DNA of 64,000 nucleotides. Source: Sporopachydermia quercuum (taxonomy: Eukaryota). A model generated the notes under the pieces. It was given only the letters and a program-made list of their open reading frames with translations, did no database searches and was not told where the DNA came from. This document shows, in pieces, positions 26,928-39,817 of the stretch. Position 1 is the first letter of the stretch. Each line of letters opens with the position of its first letter. Location of the stretch: the NCBI GenBank assembly GCA_001599295.1, contig BCGN01000009.1, positions 310,001 to 374,000 of the forward strand, in the 5' to 3' direction. The translations under genes and the position numbers were made by a program.

Positions 26928-28058
26928 ATGTTCAAAATTGCCCAAAGAAGCTTTGTGCCTAGGACTATACTCAAGTCATCGAACAGCCACATCCCTTCCT
27001 CCAATATCTATTCATCTATGGGTATTATTGACACAGGTAAGAAGAGGCTAATGAATGTCAATGCACAATTTGTATGTTGGAATTCTTCCACAGCCCCCAA
27101 TGAAATTGCACTTGCTCATCAGAAGATTCCCAGGACAGCGAAAACGAATTTAACAGGTTTGAGGCGAACTCCTAATTTAGAAACACCAACGCCATCTTCG
27201 CTACTTCCATGCACAACGATATCTACCTGTGAACAATATGACCTGTCAAAAGCACTGAGTTTGCTCTCTAATGGCGAATATAGTAATCCTAGAATTATAG
27301 TACCTAGAGAAGCCATCAGTATCAAATACAAAGGCCATGACATATTCATATTATCGAATGGCTCGGTCGTAGCTTGGGGAATGTCAGAACAGGATACTGT
27401 TGATGAAATAGTATCATGTTTAAAGCCTGCTATGATACGACCATATGAGCAGCTAGAATCTGAAGATATGGATTATATGGAAGATGAGAGTATCAAAGGG
27501 CATAGTCATATGACTGGTGATATTATTGTCATTCAAGGACCTCCAGAAGATAGGCTTTTAGAGAAAGCTGCTTTTTCAACAGGAATCTCTCGAAGTACTA
27601 AACTGGCAGCTTTGGAAGTGTCATTGGATAAGTATTTGGATAGTACTAAAGGTCTTACATTTGAGTTGTCAACAGGTACTCTGAGGAGAGGAAAGAAGAA
27701 TCGTTTCATATTGGAAAGAATTGCCAAACTGTTGAGAATCAGAGGGCAATTGAATTTGCATTCCGAATTGATTGATACTCCTGAGCTTTATTGGAGTGAA
27801 CCGAAACTGGAAGAAATATACAATAAAATCTCCAAGAATCTTGATGTTATACCTCGGGTAGCAATCTTGAATAAAAGGTTAGATTATGCTTCAGAAGAAA
27901 TTCATATATTGCTCGCTCACGTCAATGAACAAAAAAGTACTAGACTAGAATGGATTATTATCATTTTGATCATGGTTGAGGTTTGTTTTGAAACATTCCA
28001 CTTCTATGAACGATATAATAATTCAAATTTGATCAAGAGCAAGAGTGAAGATGAGTAG
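26928..28058 (+). CDS. MRX10: RMD1/DUF155-family mitochondrial protein (Mrx10/RMND1-like)
   Basis: Basic, hydroxylated presequence-like N-terminus, then GSVVAWG, RSTKLAALE, LIDTPELYWSEP and the C-terminal RLEWIIIILIMVEV transmembrane motif. Confidence 0.8.
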   Translation: MFKIAQRSFVPRTILKSSNSHIPSSNIYSSMGIIDTGKKRLMNVNAQFVCWNSSTAPNEIALAHQKIPRTAKTNLTGLRRTPNLETPTPSSLLPCTTISTCEQYDLSKALSLLSNGEYSNPRIIVPREAISIKYKGHDIFILSNGSVVAWGMSEQDTVDEIVSCLKPAMIRPYEQLESEDMDYMEDESIKGHSHMTGDIIVIQGPPEDRLLEKAAFSTGISRSTKLAALEVSLDKYLDSTKGLTFELSTGTLRRGKKNRFILERIAKLLRIRGQLNLHSELIDTPELYWSEPKLEEIYNKISKNLDVIPRVAILNKRLDYASEEIHILLAHVNEQKSTRLEWIIIILIMVEVCFETFHFYERYNNSNLIKSKSEDE

Positions 28059-28632
28059 AATATAGACTAAAAAGAAAAATAAAAGAAAAAGAAAAAGGTA
28101 TTTAGTATGAGTGATAAGATGAAGCTAACTATACCTGGGATTGTTCCACTTTTTCAGCCAACTCATGTTTATATTTTCATATGTATATACTTTGTAATTC
28201 TATAGTATGGTAATTCTTGTCTGTATAACTAAGCAATTTCAAATATTCGCTCGTAATAATACTATGAGAGTTAAGATAACTCCATTGTTTCACATTATTT
28301 CCGCAATTGATTCTGTCGAAATCCAATCATTGCCGAAACATCCATTTTCAATTTCGAGAACGTTTACGGTTATGTTACCTGTTCTGGAATAATCAATCAA
28401 GCAAATTACACAGCTGGTACCTGAAAGAAACACTTTTAAAGAGAACTACAGTTCCGAATATATCGGATAAACGAGTGTCTCTACTGTTCATCCGTTCAAA
28501 AAATATATATAATTTATAGAAGAACTTGGGATCATATTAATAAAATTACTGTTGAGGTTTGATTTGGTTGATTTGGTAGCCCCTGTTATCTGCCTAGAGA
28601 TCGTATTTTAGAGTTAGAAAGTATCATTCAAT

Positions 28633-29418
28633 ATGCCAAAAACAATTGCTGTGAACGTGGTGGAATTTGATTTGGATGGAACTCTAGTTAATTCCACCAA
28701 AGCAGTGGAAGAATGGTGGACCCACGATTTCTTTCTACCGCATGGGAAAGACATTGATCTTCTTGCCAGCACACATGGAACTCGTACTGTGGAAACTATG
28801 AAACGTATATTTCCAGAATTACTTGAGAAAGAATGTGGTGGACTTGGAGACGAGTACTATGACAAGATTTTGGCATATGTTGAAAGAATAGAATCAGATA
28901 TTTGCAATAAGTATGGAGAATTTGCTGTCAGTATTAAGGGTGCTTCTGATCTGGTGAAACAGATAGATTCTCTGGTCCCTGGTCATGAATTATGGGGGAT
29001 TGTAACTAGTGGAACAAAGATTTTGGCTACTACTTGGTTGAACAGAGTGTTATTTCAAGAAGGTGTTCATATTCCTAAAGTTTTCATTACTGGTAGTGAT
29101 ATTAAGAAGGGTAAACCAGATCCGTATGGATATAATCTCGGGCGGAAAAATTTGTATGAAAATAATACTGACATTCTCACTGGTCTCAAACTCGAGGATA
29201 TCACATCGGTTGTCTTTGAAGATGCGCCAGCCGGAATTGAGGCAGGTAAAGCTTCTGGTGCCACTGTGATTGGGATTCTTTCTACTTACGAATTAGACAT
29301 TGTTGAAAAAGCTGGTGCCGATTACGTTGTAAAAGATCTCTCTGATGTCAAAGTTGTAGGTTATGATACGGAGAAAAAGCAAGTCATTTTCTCAATTGAA
29401 GATGTTAGGTCCGATTAA
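28633..29418 (+). CDS. HAD-superfamily sugar/glycerol-phosphate phosphatase (Gpp1/Dog1-like)
   Basis: FDLDGTLVNS motif I, HGTRT, WGIVTSG motif II, GKPDP and VFEDAPAGI motif IV. Confidence 0.92.
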   Translation: MPKTIAVNVVEFDLDGTLVNSTKAVEEWWTHDFFLPHGKDIDLLASTHGTRTVETMKRIFPELLEKECGGLGDEYYDKILAYVERIESDICNKYGEFAVSIKGASDLVKQIDSLVPGHELWGIVTSGTKILATTWLNRVLFQEGVHIPKVFITGSDIKKGKPDPYGYNLGRKNLYENNTDILTGLKLEDITSVVFEDAPAGIEAGKASGATVIGILSTYELDIVEKAGADYVVKDLSDVKVVGYDTEKKQVIFSIEDVRSD

Positions 29419-31153
29419 CCTATGTTCAAACATATTTCATTTACTATGAACTCATGTGTTTAATATAAGAATTCTCCGAATCTCATCAAAGAGATCTCAT
29501 TGAGTTAGTAGAATAACCGCTAAACTTCTCATCTCTTGATGGATCTCGTAGTCATATGATTGTTTCTTCCCGGCCACAAGAATTGGAGCATACAAAATTA
29601 TATGTAGTTCATCTTGTTTTTTGGTATTTGTTAGGAGGCATCTATTTTTCATTGTTAAACCTACCCATGATCATCAAACTTTCAAAGTTTCTTATTTCAA
29701 ATCAATCCACTTGCCTATTTGGAAACCGGATTAATACTTGGTGTCCCCGATTATTATCTATTTAGTACTTACTGTAGTTCAAACTTTAAATTCTTATCAA
29801 AGGGTCTGCTACTTATAAATCTATCTAATTCTCACCGAAGCAATGATGAAGAAAGAGATCTCGAAAGAAGAAATGATCTGGTTCTGAGTACGCGAAAATT
29901 CATTAGTTGTTCGCGGCCAATACGGATTAGCCTGAAAGATCATTGAGCAGCTTGACCGAGGTCATTGCTATCGAGTCATTTGCAAAAACTAAGATGATGG
30001 AGGAATAAAGCAAATACGTGGTTAACAATGATATAATGTACAAACTGTAATAAGTTTTCTGACATTGACTTTCTCCAACATTATATATGTGATTGGTACT
30101 AACAAGNTAGATACATCCTACGACGTTTTTCAGTGGTTTCTTATAGTATCAATTTATCAAGGAAAGAAAATATCGTTTCATAGTTTCACAGGACTTCGTG
30201 TCTTAAGATCTGCTAAAGATACAAGGACGTTTATTTGTCAAAACAACGCATGCAAACCTACCTACCTTGTCCGTATTCATATTTCACTTGTCTTATGAAT
30301 TGTTTGTTTCAATAGCATTATGCTCAAAAAAAAGATAGATTAACAGAGATATTGTTGTCGGTTGACCGTGCAGATCAAAGAAAACATTTCCTATTCGGTA
30401 TTTTATCAGACCCTCTATGCCTGTTTAATCCCGTAATTTTAAATTTTAACTTTAATTTAAACTAAAACTTCCACTTTCGCTGATTTTAATCAACTGTTAT
30501 CTATAGCTTAACCTTATTTAATAGTCCTAACTAGTCAGAGAGGTGCAGAACATGATGATAACTAACTACAATGGAGAATATTATGAAACGAAACTCCATA
30601 TTCAAAAAAAAGACAAAACCTGGTAAATTATGCAAATGAGCTCATCAAGAAAATCAGTGACTGCTAGAATGAAGTCAAGTATTGGAAGTAAAAGCAATAA
30701 TGTTCGGAAGTTTATCAACTTATCAAATAAAAGTACTTCGGATGGGATAAATCAACTGGCAGAATAGGATATATTTGGCGAGAAAGCATTCAAGGATTTC
30801 CCAAACTGATGGAGCTTAAGAGATTTCTCCGATATAACAAATTCAACAAATACTTCCGAGTGTAGAGATTTGTAATACCGATCTTGCTAATATTTGGCAT
30901 AATACTGTCCCACTGAATCTATCGTACATTTCTCACCATTAAGCGAGGTAATAATCGACCTCATTTAGGTAAAACGGTAATTNCCGATATGAGAAAGTTT
31001 TGTTTGCGATGTATGATTAAGTGCGTTCATGCAAGTCTGGGGAACTATATGATAGACCCTCTCCAAAATAAAGCAAAGTCTGGATAATGTTCTATTTCAG
31101 AAGCACAATGAATTGGTTCTGCATGTTGCCCATTGAGGAGGATTCTATTATTT

Positions 31154-31190
31154 AAAAAAAAAAAAAAAAAAAGAAAAAAGAAAAAAGAAA
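31154..31190 (+). promoter_or_regulatory. Poly(dA) tract, likely nucleosome-disfavouring, upstream of the Zn2Cys6 gene
   Basis: ~19 consecutive A followed by GAAAAAA units. Confidence 0.5.
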
Positions 31191-31931
31191 ATATAATTCC
31201 CAATCTCAATAGTAGGTAATATATTGATCTGCAGAATCGAAAGTGATAGATTTTCTGTTACCTTTTTGTGGGCATAGATATGATCCTTTTTTTGGTTTCA
31301 GACATAAAGTTTGAAGGTACAATAAAGTTTATTCTCTATGTTATCTATTCTTCTTTAATTCTCAAGATGAAAGGACAGACTAGAGTCATATCTGTGGTCT
31401 TCCTGTTGATTCTAGTAAAAAAAAAAAGTGTAATACTAGACTTTCTGAAACGCACTACTGTGTTTTGTATCATTCAATCATTCTGTCTTTTAGAATATTT
31501 TCATATATCGGATCATTCATCCACTTTCATTTTTAACTACCGTAAGGAAATAAACCTTAAATATGCTTTAAGCTTATTGCTAATCAGCTAGGCTACAGAA
31601 AAGCTTATTTCTCCATTCTCACCAACCACAGATAATTAACTAGACTATCTATCTATGAACATTAGTTACTGAAAGTAATACTTCCAGGTCATTGTTTTCT
31701 TTATAATCCTAGATATTGACACAGTTACTCTTGAAATTTCTAATTTCTTATTTGGCAAAATATTTTTGACAGTCAGAAAAAGAAACTGCTACTCTTCCAT
31801 CATTGATCTACCTATTACTCTACTCAAATTTCTAATCATATGGAATGTCCTTACTAAAATATACCTTTTGTCAATAAATAAAACGTTCTCTAATGATTCT
31901 AAGGTATCAATAAGTTACTAGCTTATTTTGA

Positions 31932-34900
31932 ATGAAATGTCAAGAAAACAGTTCCACAATGGACACGGGAGCCAAAATAACACAATCGTCTCCTATGACG
32001 AAATCATCTTCGAAAAGTATCTCCACGAAAAATAAAATCTCAAGATCACGAAAATCAGGAGCAGCTTGTAGAAGATGTCATGTATTAAAATGTAAATGTG
32101 ACTCAAAATATCCAAACTGTTCCCGATGTGAAAAAGCCGGAGTTTCCTGTACTTACTTTGATCATTTAACGAAACGGGAAGTACCCAGAAACTATCTGTC
32201 AAAGCTTGAAGATGAAGTGAATTATCTAAAGGACCTGTTATCCAAGAATCAGATACTTTATAAACCTAGAAATGGCTCCATATCAAGTGATTCTTCTGAT
32301 AAAGACTCCCAAACTTCTGGTAAAGATGGGTCAAAGGAAGGTAGTGTTTTGAATTTGAATATTGGTATTTCTAGCAGCGGGTTGATTGGTAGCTCGGGAT
32401 TTATTTCTCCGGCAGGATTAGGACCATTATCACAACAACAGCTGGAACAGCAACAGCAGCAAGATCGACAGGTTATTAATAGTGGACTGGGATCAACAGA
32501 AATGGCAAAAATATCTCATGAATCTGAAAATGAATCAAGATTATCAGGAAATTCAATTGCAACATTAGCATTACTATCAATGAGCAATCAAAATAGAGAG
32601 AATGTCTTTTCTTCAAATCAGCATTATCCAAATATCATAGTTGAGAAAAATGACTCAATATTGCCATTGGCTCCAGCTGAAAGTTCTTTTCTTGGTTTAT
32701 CGTCATCACAGAAAACAGATAGTAGGTCTAAAACCCTGGCTAATACTAAGCCTACATCATCAAAGCTTAAAATAGGGAAAGTTCTTAATGAATNTGACAA
32801 TCCATCCAAACCTGCCAATCCTGCCAATCCTACGGGAAGATCTATGAATCAACTAAACAAAACTCAACTTCCACCATTGAATAAGATATTACAGCCACGT
32901 TATCAATCTCGTAATCTACCAAAGAAATTTGTTGGTGAACGATTGTTGGAAAACTATTTGAATCACGCCCATCCTCAAATGCCAGTGCTAAGGCCAAGTT
33001 ATATCAAATCGCTATTTAACCAGTTCTACAGTCAAATTGATGATTATCAGTATCCTGCTTACTCTGCATTGCTTCAATCAAATCAAAAAGTTTTGTTTTT
33101 TTTGTTTATTATATTTGCTATTGGATCTGGAGTTGCTGAAGTAAATAAGCGAAAGAATGATAATGTCCACGATAATAATAGTATTAGAAACACTGAAACA
33201 ATTCAATCCAATGACAGCTTTCAACCAAGAAAGAAGTTGAAGCGTAATCAAACTGTCTCTAATGATATTGACATTGGTAAACCTGAAGAGTATTATTTAG
33301 CATCCCAGATTCATCTAAGTGAAGCATTGTCAATATCATCAAACAACAGCAATCTAATGACGACCAAAAATAAAATAACCAGTATTGAAAACGTTCAAAT
33401 ACTGTTATTGTTATGCAATTATGGATTTTTAAGACCAGTGAATCCTGGAATTTGGTATTTGATTTCAACAGCAATCAAATCGTGTGTCGATTTGAATTTA
33501 CATGAAGAAGCATATCATAAAACCCGTTTACAGGAAGCAATCAAAAAATGTATTTCCTCGTACAAGAATATCCAAAACCCAAGCAATAGTAATAACAATG
33601 ATGAAGAAATGAAGAAAATCAAAGATCTACTAAGTGCATTCAAGAATCAAATGCAAGAATTATACTGGAAAAGAATCATTTTCTGGGCAGCATATAATTT
33701 AGATCGACAAATTGGTTCATATGTTAATAGACCGTTTAGTATTGATGATTATGATATCACAATTGAACTATCACCAGAATTGATCAAAGACAGTGATGAT
33801 AAAAATGATTTTTATAATAAATTGAATGTTAGAAATATTGAAATACCGGAAATCCTCAAAAAAGAAATAATCGAAGCTCAAAATGAAATATTCAGAGATC
33901 CTATTTATGACAAAGTCACCAAGAATTTATTCATTATAAGAAGTTATCAGTCGGAAATTCAAAAAGTCTTATTCAGATCAAAGTCATTGTATTTGTTAAA
34001 CAATCCAAGCAGTATCATTGAAGATAGAATATATTACACACCTTTTATGAAACCAAATGAAACGTTGATCGATTGGAAACAAAGAATGAATAAAAACCTA
34101 GATGAATGGTTAAATAACTGTCCAAAATCAATTAGTGAAGCCAATTGTTTATTCTCTCCACAGTTTCTGACGCTTAACTATTATCAACTAAAGCTCGACA
34201 TTTATAGACCAACGCTGAAAGTGAATTCATCATTTTTCAATCAATCGAATATTAAGATTTTTCACTCTGATTGGATGAAATGTATTGAATATTCAAAAGA
34301 GATTATTAATCATTATCGCTGGTTACATCAAAATCAAAGAATAAACTATTTCTATTTAACCGTTCATAATGTGTTCACTTGTGGGATGTGTATTTTATAT
34401 TCATACTATAATTTATCAAAATACGGTGAGGAATATGGTCTTGAGATAACTATTTTATTCTCTGATGTTGAGTATTTCTGTAATGAATGTCTTGGTTTGT
34501 TTGATGACTATATTTTTAGATGTCCGCCGGCAGAACATTGTCGAATGGTCTTGCAATCATTTATGAATAATATCAAGCACAAGAGACATTTGAAGATTGA
34601 AATCGATCATAAGAATAGTACGGGTAATAATAGTGATAGCGTGATGGATTGTAATAGTAATGTAGCGGGATCGTCGGGAGAAGCAACTACGATGGCATCA
34701 GGGACTGAAATTGCAGGGAACGTTTTCATTAACAATGAACTAGTGGTTGAAAAAGGTTGGAATAATGAGAATAGACAGGAATATTCTGAGAAAACAAAAT
34801 TCAAAGCGAAAGGAAGGAAAAACAATAGCTTGACATTCAGAAATTTTACACCAGCAAATATAGATAAAATGAGTAAGAGTATGAGACAACAAAGAAATGA

Positions 34901-35231
34901 TTCCACACAGATCTCTAACTTATTGAATGAAGCATCGAAGGATCCATCAACAAGCAATCCTGCTGACTCTCTCACTGGCCTAAATATGAAAAATCACTCA
35001 AATTCCCATACAAAGATAACCCAATCAGTCAGTCAGCCTATCCCATTTCCATCTATATTTTCATCAGATGAATTGCAAATGTATACTGTTGATTCCACAG
35101 AAAATGGATTGGATCCTTATCTGGGATTTTCAATGAATATGAACGAAGCAACATTTCCTTTATTCGATCTTATGTTTGATGATGCTTCTGGAATTCGTCA
35201 ATCGTTGATGTTTGGTTCGATGTTTCAATAG
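31932..35231 (+). CDS. Zn(II)2Cys6 transcription factor, Ppr1/UaY-like
   Basis: CRRCHVLKCKCDSKYPNCSRCEKAGVSC binuclear cluster followed by a Ppr1-type linker (D..TKREVPRNYLSKLEDEV). The fungal TF middle domain is present (KRIIFWAAYNLDRQIGSYVNRPFSI). The exact start codon is uncertain. Confidence 0.9.
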   Translation: MKCQENSSTMDTGAKITQSSPMTKSSSKSISTKNKISRSRKSGAACRRCHVLKCKCDSKYPNCSRCEKAGVSCTYFDHLTKREVPRNYLSKLEDEVNYLKDLLSKNQILYKPRNGSISSDSSDKDSQTSGKDGSKEGSVLNLNIGISSSGLIGSSGFISPAGLGPLSQQQLEQQQQQDRQVINSGLGSTEMAKISHESENESRLSGNSIATLALLSMSNQNRENVFSSNQHYPNIIVEKNDSILPLAPAESSFLGLSSSQKTDSRSKTLANTKPTSSKLKIGKVLNEXDNPSKPANPANPTGRSMNQLNKTQLPPLNKILQPRYQSRNLPKKFVGERLLENYLNHAHPQMPVLRPSYIKSLFNQFYSQIDDYQYPAYSALLQSNQKVLFFLFIIFAIGSGVAEVNKRKNDNVHDNNSIRNTETIQSNDSFQPRKKLKRNQTVSNDIDIGKPEEYYLASQIHLSEALSISSNNSNLMTTKNKITSIENVQILLLLCNYGFLRPVNPGIWYLISTAIKSCVDLNLHEEAYHKTRLQEAIKKCISSYKNIQNPSNSNNNDEEMKKIKDLLSAFKNQMQELYWKRIIFWAAYNLDRQIGSYVNRPFSIDDYDITIELSPELIKDSDDKNDFYNKLNVRNIEIPEILKKEIIEAQNEIFRDPIYDKVTKNLFIIRSYQSEIQKVLFRSKSLYLLNNPSSIIEDRIYYTPFMKPNETLIDWKQRMNKNLDEWLNNCPKSISEANCLFSPQFLTLNYYQLKLDIYRPTLKVNSSFFNQSNIKIFHSDWMKCIEYSKEIINHYRWLHQNQRINYFYLTVHNVFTCGMCILYSYYNLSKYGEEYGLEITILFSDVEYFCNECLGLFDDYIFRCPPAEHCRMVLQSFMNNIKHKRHLKIEIDHKNSTGNNSDSVMDCNSNVAGSSGEATTMASGTEIAGNVFINNELVVEKGWNNENRQEYSEKTKFKAKGRKNNSLTFRNFTPANIDKMSKSMRQQRNDSTQISNLLNEASKDPSTSNPADSLTGLNMKNHSNSHTKITQSVSQPIPFPSIFSSDELQMYTVDSTENGLDPYLGFSMNMNEATFPLFDLMFDDASGIRQSLMFGSMFQ

Positions 35232-36280
35232 GAGTCTGAGAACAGGAGAATGAAAAGAAAAAAAAAATTAAAAAAAAAGAATCAAGTAGTATAAAAGACG
35301 AAAAGAAGAAAATAACGAAAAAGCATTTGCCTGCATTTATGTATATTAACATAGTTCAGAATTCACATTCCATGATTTTATCAGAACACCAAACAATGAA
35401 TAATTTGAATAATTGGTTTCAAATATTCCTGTAGGCACATTGGTATAATGCTTTGAGATTAGATTCTTGGTGATAGTTTGTATGNCCTTGTTGACATAGA
35501 AATGTTAAACACAGTCAAGCAATAAAAGATCAACCACAATATTATCAGGTCTGTAGTGTGCCGAATCATTTATATTCTTTTAATGAAGTACAGTGGTTTG
35601 ATCTAATTAATAAAAGCCATGTGCTATTTATTCATTGCTTGGTTTCTTCATTTAATTTCCAACCTAACATTTAACGTTTACCAATATAAAAATAAGTTCA
35701 ACCTCTAAGTGGTCTGTAAACTTTAACTTCATTATTACTAATAAAATAATATAAACTCTAAACTTCTTTTGATACTTGCATACTTAAATCAACTATACTG
35801 GAATTATTCAGAGCATATGTAGCCGTTTTCGTTTTCTTTTTCGATGACCTTACATTTGATAGTATTGTTTGGTAGACAAAGAAATGATGATATTCATTTT
35901 ATATTTGTTTTCTTAACAACCAAGAAATTGAAAAAGAAGAATATTTGAAGATAATTGCACTAGTTTGTTACCGAAAAATCAAATAGCTAAGAATATTGTT
36001 ATTGGTTATTGTTATTTGGCAGATAGCCTTGAATTGTATTAAATTGCACTTGAATTCTATTTCAATTGCTGCGGATCCCTGCCACTTATACTGTGCTTCA
36101 TACTGGAGTGGTTGTTAGAGAGGTAACTAGATAAATTTCCCATTAGCTTAATTTATTCTGAAGGCGATCAAATTTTCAATAAGAGAAGAAATAATCAAAC
36201 TTGAATAAAACTGGGACAATTCAGTTGGCGCAACAAACTGTTAAAGTACTGTAATATTCCATATTGCCTTGTTATATACC

Positions 36281-37027
36281 ATGAAGCTAATTCTAACAAG
36301 ACATGGGCAATCCGAATGGAATTCACTCAACCTTTTCTGTGGTTGGGTTGATATTCGTTTAACTGACGTTGGAGAGCAAGAAGCTAGGAATGCTGCAAAA
36401 TTAATCAAAGAATCCAANATCAAACCTGATGTTGTATACACTTCACGTTTAACCAGAGCATGTGAAAGTGCTAATATCATGCTTGATGAGTTAGACCTTC
36501 TTTATCTTGACATATATAGATCATGGAGATTGAATGAGCGCCATTATGGTTTACTACAGGGAAAGAAAAGAACATACGTGAGGGAAAAATATGGAGCTGA
36601 ACAATTTATGCTCTGGAGAAGATCATTTGACGTTCCACCTCCACCGATGCCTAAAAACTCAGAATTCTTATCTATCAATGATTCAAGATATGATGATATA
36701 GATGAAGCAGAGAAACCGAACGGTGAATCATTAAAAATGGTTAGTGAAAGGCTACTGAAATACTTTGATACAGAAATAAAGAGCAAACTGATAGATGAGG
36801 AGAAAAACGTTTTAGTTGTGGCCCATGGATCTACTGTGAGGGCCCTCGTTAAGTATTTCAGCAATTTAACCGATGATGAGGTTGTACATTTGAATATTCC
36901 TACTGGGATTCCTTTAGTTTACGAGTTTGACAAGGAGATGAAACCCATTAAAGAATACTACTACTTGGACCCTGAAGCAGCCAAGAAAGGTGCTGAGGCA
37001 GTAGCTAATCAAGGCGTAACACATTAG
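36281..37027 (+). CDS. Cofactor-dependent phosphoglycerate mutase family protein (Gpm1-like)
   Basis: ATG at 36281: [42 protein letters not shown] and [11 protein letters not shown]. Confidence 0.93.
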   Translation: MKLILTRHGQSEWNSLNLFCGWVDIRLTDVGEQEARNAAKLIKESXIKPDVVYTSRLTRACESANIMLDELDLLYLDIYRSWRLNERHYGLLQGKKRTYVREKYGAEQFMLWRRSFDVPPPPMPKNSEFLSINDSRYDDIDEAEKPNGESLKMVSERLLKYFDTEIKSKLIDEEKNVLVVAHGSTVRALVKYFSNLTDDEVVHLNIPTGIPLVYEFDKEMKPIKEYYYLDPEAAKKGAEAVANQGVTH

Positions 37028-38008
37028 TATACATACGATACTAAGCTAAGCTGATAGGAAAGTTGCAAGAAAATTTGATCTTTCTGACAACAGGGCAGAA
37101 AACAAGTGCTTTTGTCAAATTTATTAAATAAAGCAGAAACGGATAACTATTGAACTGAATATTACGTAATGATATAGAATAGATAATACATAACTCTTTA
37201 TATCTGTTCCTTGTTATGGCTATAATGTACTGTTTTCAGACTTATCCTTGTACGAGCTATGAATGACAACCAAACGACAGACAACATTTCAGACAAGAGC
37301 CAAAGGCAGAGCCACATCACTTCCTCCTTTCTCAATCGTTTTATGTCAATTTTCTAGTGCACCTATCAACTAGAACTGTCAGGATCGACAATATCAACTT
37401 TTAGCAACCACCGCTGGTGGTTCACAACTCCTTTCAGCTCATCCATTTTGCCAGACAAAACCTCATATGCAACATTATGCAAGATGGAACCTAAAATTTG
37501 ATATACTTCTGTTCAGGGAATAGTCTTCAAATACTAAATTAACTATTTCCAAACTCTAATCCTAGATCAAGTAGAAACCTAACCCTATTGTAATTGCCAT
37601 ATTGGGAGCAACCCATATTGGTAGTTTTATTATTGATTATGCTTCTTTTTTAACTATTTCATCAACTCTTCTCTATCTTCTCAATCAGCTACCTACTGTT
37701 CATTCTATCACCTCTAAGCGTATCAAATGATCTATGATTCTGATCTAGTCCACCGAAATACCCAACTAGAATAAGGCCCTCAATAAAGAAAGATCAATAT
37801 TTCCCTATCTACTAGGCCGCTTTGAGATTTAACTCAACTACATTGCAACTTCTATTGCAATTGCTCATTGCAATTGGATCACTATCACAGAACAACTTCA
37901 AGGGCCAGAACAGAATATATATATTGGTACTCCTAGGAATTTATGAAGTGTATTCACAATGAAACAAAGTCTTCTAAAGAACGGAATATTTATGATCCTT
38001 GCTGAAAA

Positions 38009-39817
38009 ATGGATATAAAGAACGACCAGGAGCTCCTCAGCTCCTTTGATTCCATTCATGATGAATCATCCGTGAGGCATAGACATCTAATAGACAATGA
38101 AAGTAACGGCGAATATTCAGATTCTCATATCAACCTTCAGGAATCAACAGATAATATTCCATTATTAGATTCATATAACAACAACGAAACCAGCAATCGT
38201 CTCCCGAGAATAACATCACATACCTTTGATATCATGGAAGCTGGTCAAGTTTCTAGTATAGATCCTGATACCGGTGTCAAATATGGACTGAAATCGAGAC
38301 ATTTATCAATGATGGCTTTAGCTGGCATTATTGGTCCTGGTCTATTAATTGGTACTGGTAAAGCTTTAGCTGATGGAGGCCCGGCTTCATTGCTCATTGC
38401 TTTCTCTCTGATGGGTATCATTGCGTTCTGTATGATGCAGTCCTTAGGTGAAATGACAACTCTTTATCCTCAAGGATGTACATTTATCTCTCTAGCTGAT
38501 AGATTCTTTGATAAAGCTTTATCATTTGCTATCGGCTGGGCTTATTTTCTCATATGGGCGTTTGTTTTAGGAAATGAATATAATATCTTAACCAATGTAC
38601 TTTCATCGTGGTATTCCGGAATCCCAAGCTGGGGCTATTTTTTTATTTGTTGGACTTTCTTCACTGCTATTCAAATGTTTGGTATTGAAAAATTTGGCGA
38701 AATTGAATTCTGGTTAGCCTTAATCAAGATTGTTGGTATACTAACCTTCAATGTTTTTGGTATTATATATGCTTCTGGTGGTGTTAGAGGTAAAGAAGCT
38801 ATTGGATTCCAATACTGGAATAGCCCTGGCGCTTTTAACAATGGCTTTCGAGGAGTTGCAAGTACCTTTGTGTACTGTGCCACATTTTATGTTGGTTGCG
38901 AATCTGTTGCTATCACTGCTGGCGAAGCAGAGAATCCAAAAAAAGCCGTCCCGACAGCTGTAAGACAATTGTTCTGGAGAATCATCATAATTTACCTCGG
39001 TACAGCTTTTGTTTATGGTATCACTGTTCCATTTGATTCTCCTTCTTTGAATGCTGGCGTTGATCATGTAATGCAATCTCCAATGACTATTGCCCTAGCG
39101 AACGCTGGTTGGGCAGCTGGTACTCATCTGGTTAACAGTTTTATACTAGTAACTTGTCTATCAGCTGTTAATGGTTCAGGATACTTAGCATCAAGAACAT
39201 TGTTATACCTTTCACAAGAGGAGAAAGCTTTCAAAGCATTAGGGTTTACTGATAAAAGAGGAGTCCCCATTTATTCTGTTCTTTTAACAAGTGCTTTTGG
39301 TTTCTTGAGCTTGATGAATTTGAAACAAGGCGTTGCGACTGCATATGCNTATATTACAAATGTCAGCGGTGTGTTTACTTTTCTTGTATGGGCGTGTATA
39401 AGTTTTACCCATTTGAAGTTTAGAAAAGCTTGGATTGCTCAAGGTAGAACTTTAGATGAATTGCCTTATGTTGCTATGTGGTTCCCATATACAACGTATG
39501 CTGGACTAATTGCTAATATAGTTATGGTGCTATTACAAGGTTACTCATCATTTTCCCCCGAATTTGATGCTCCTAGATTCATTGATGCATATGTAGGTAT
39601 ATTAGTATTTCTGTTCTCATATTTGGGCTACAAATACTTTGCTAACACCAGAATTCGTGATCCTATGATGATTGATCTTGATGAAGGCATGAGAGTGTAT
39701 GATGATAATAATAATAATAATGGTAGAGGAAATGTAAATGGTTATAATGATAGCATTAATGATCATGAGATGGAAGCAATCACAACTGTTATTTCAGATT
39801 CATCAATTAAGAGTTAG
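38009..39817 (+). CDS. Amino-acid permease (APC/YAT family)
   Basis: LKSRHLSMMALAGIIGPGLLIG, LGEM, GEIEFW, GEAENP and SRTL motifs; about 12 hydrophobic segments. Confidence 0.93.
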   Translation: MDIKNDQELLSSFDSIHDESSVRHRHLIDNESNGEYSDSHINLQESTDNIPLLDSYNNNETSNRLPRITSHTFDIMEAGQVSSIDPDTGVKYGLKSRHLSMMALAGIIGPGLLIGTGKALADGGPASLLIAFSLMGIIAFCMMQSLGEMTTLYPQGCTFISLADRFFDKALSFAIGWAYFLIWAFVLGNEYNILTNVLSSWYSGIPSWGYFFICWTFFTAIQMFGIEKFGEIEFWLALIKIVGILTFNVFGIIYASGGVRGKEAIGFQYWNSPGAFNNGFRGVASTFVYCATFYVGCESVAITAGEAENPKKAVPTAVRQLFWRIIIIYLGTAFVYGITVPFDSPSLNAGVDHVMQSPMTIALANAGWAAGTHLVNSFILVTCLSAVNGSGYLASRTLLYLSQEEKAFKALGFTDKRGVPIYSVLLTSAFGFLSLMNLKQGVATAYXYITNVSGVFTFLVWACISFTHLKFRKAWIAQGRTLDELPYVAMWFPYTTYAGLIANIVMVLLQGYSSFSPEFDAPRFIDAYVGILVFLFSYLGYKYFANTRIRDPMMIDLDEGMRVYDDNNNNNGRGNVNGYNDSINDHEMEAITTVISDSSIKS

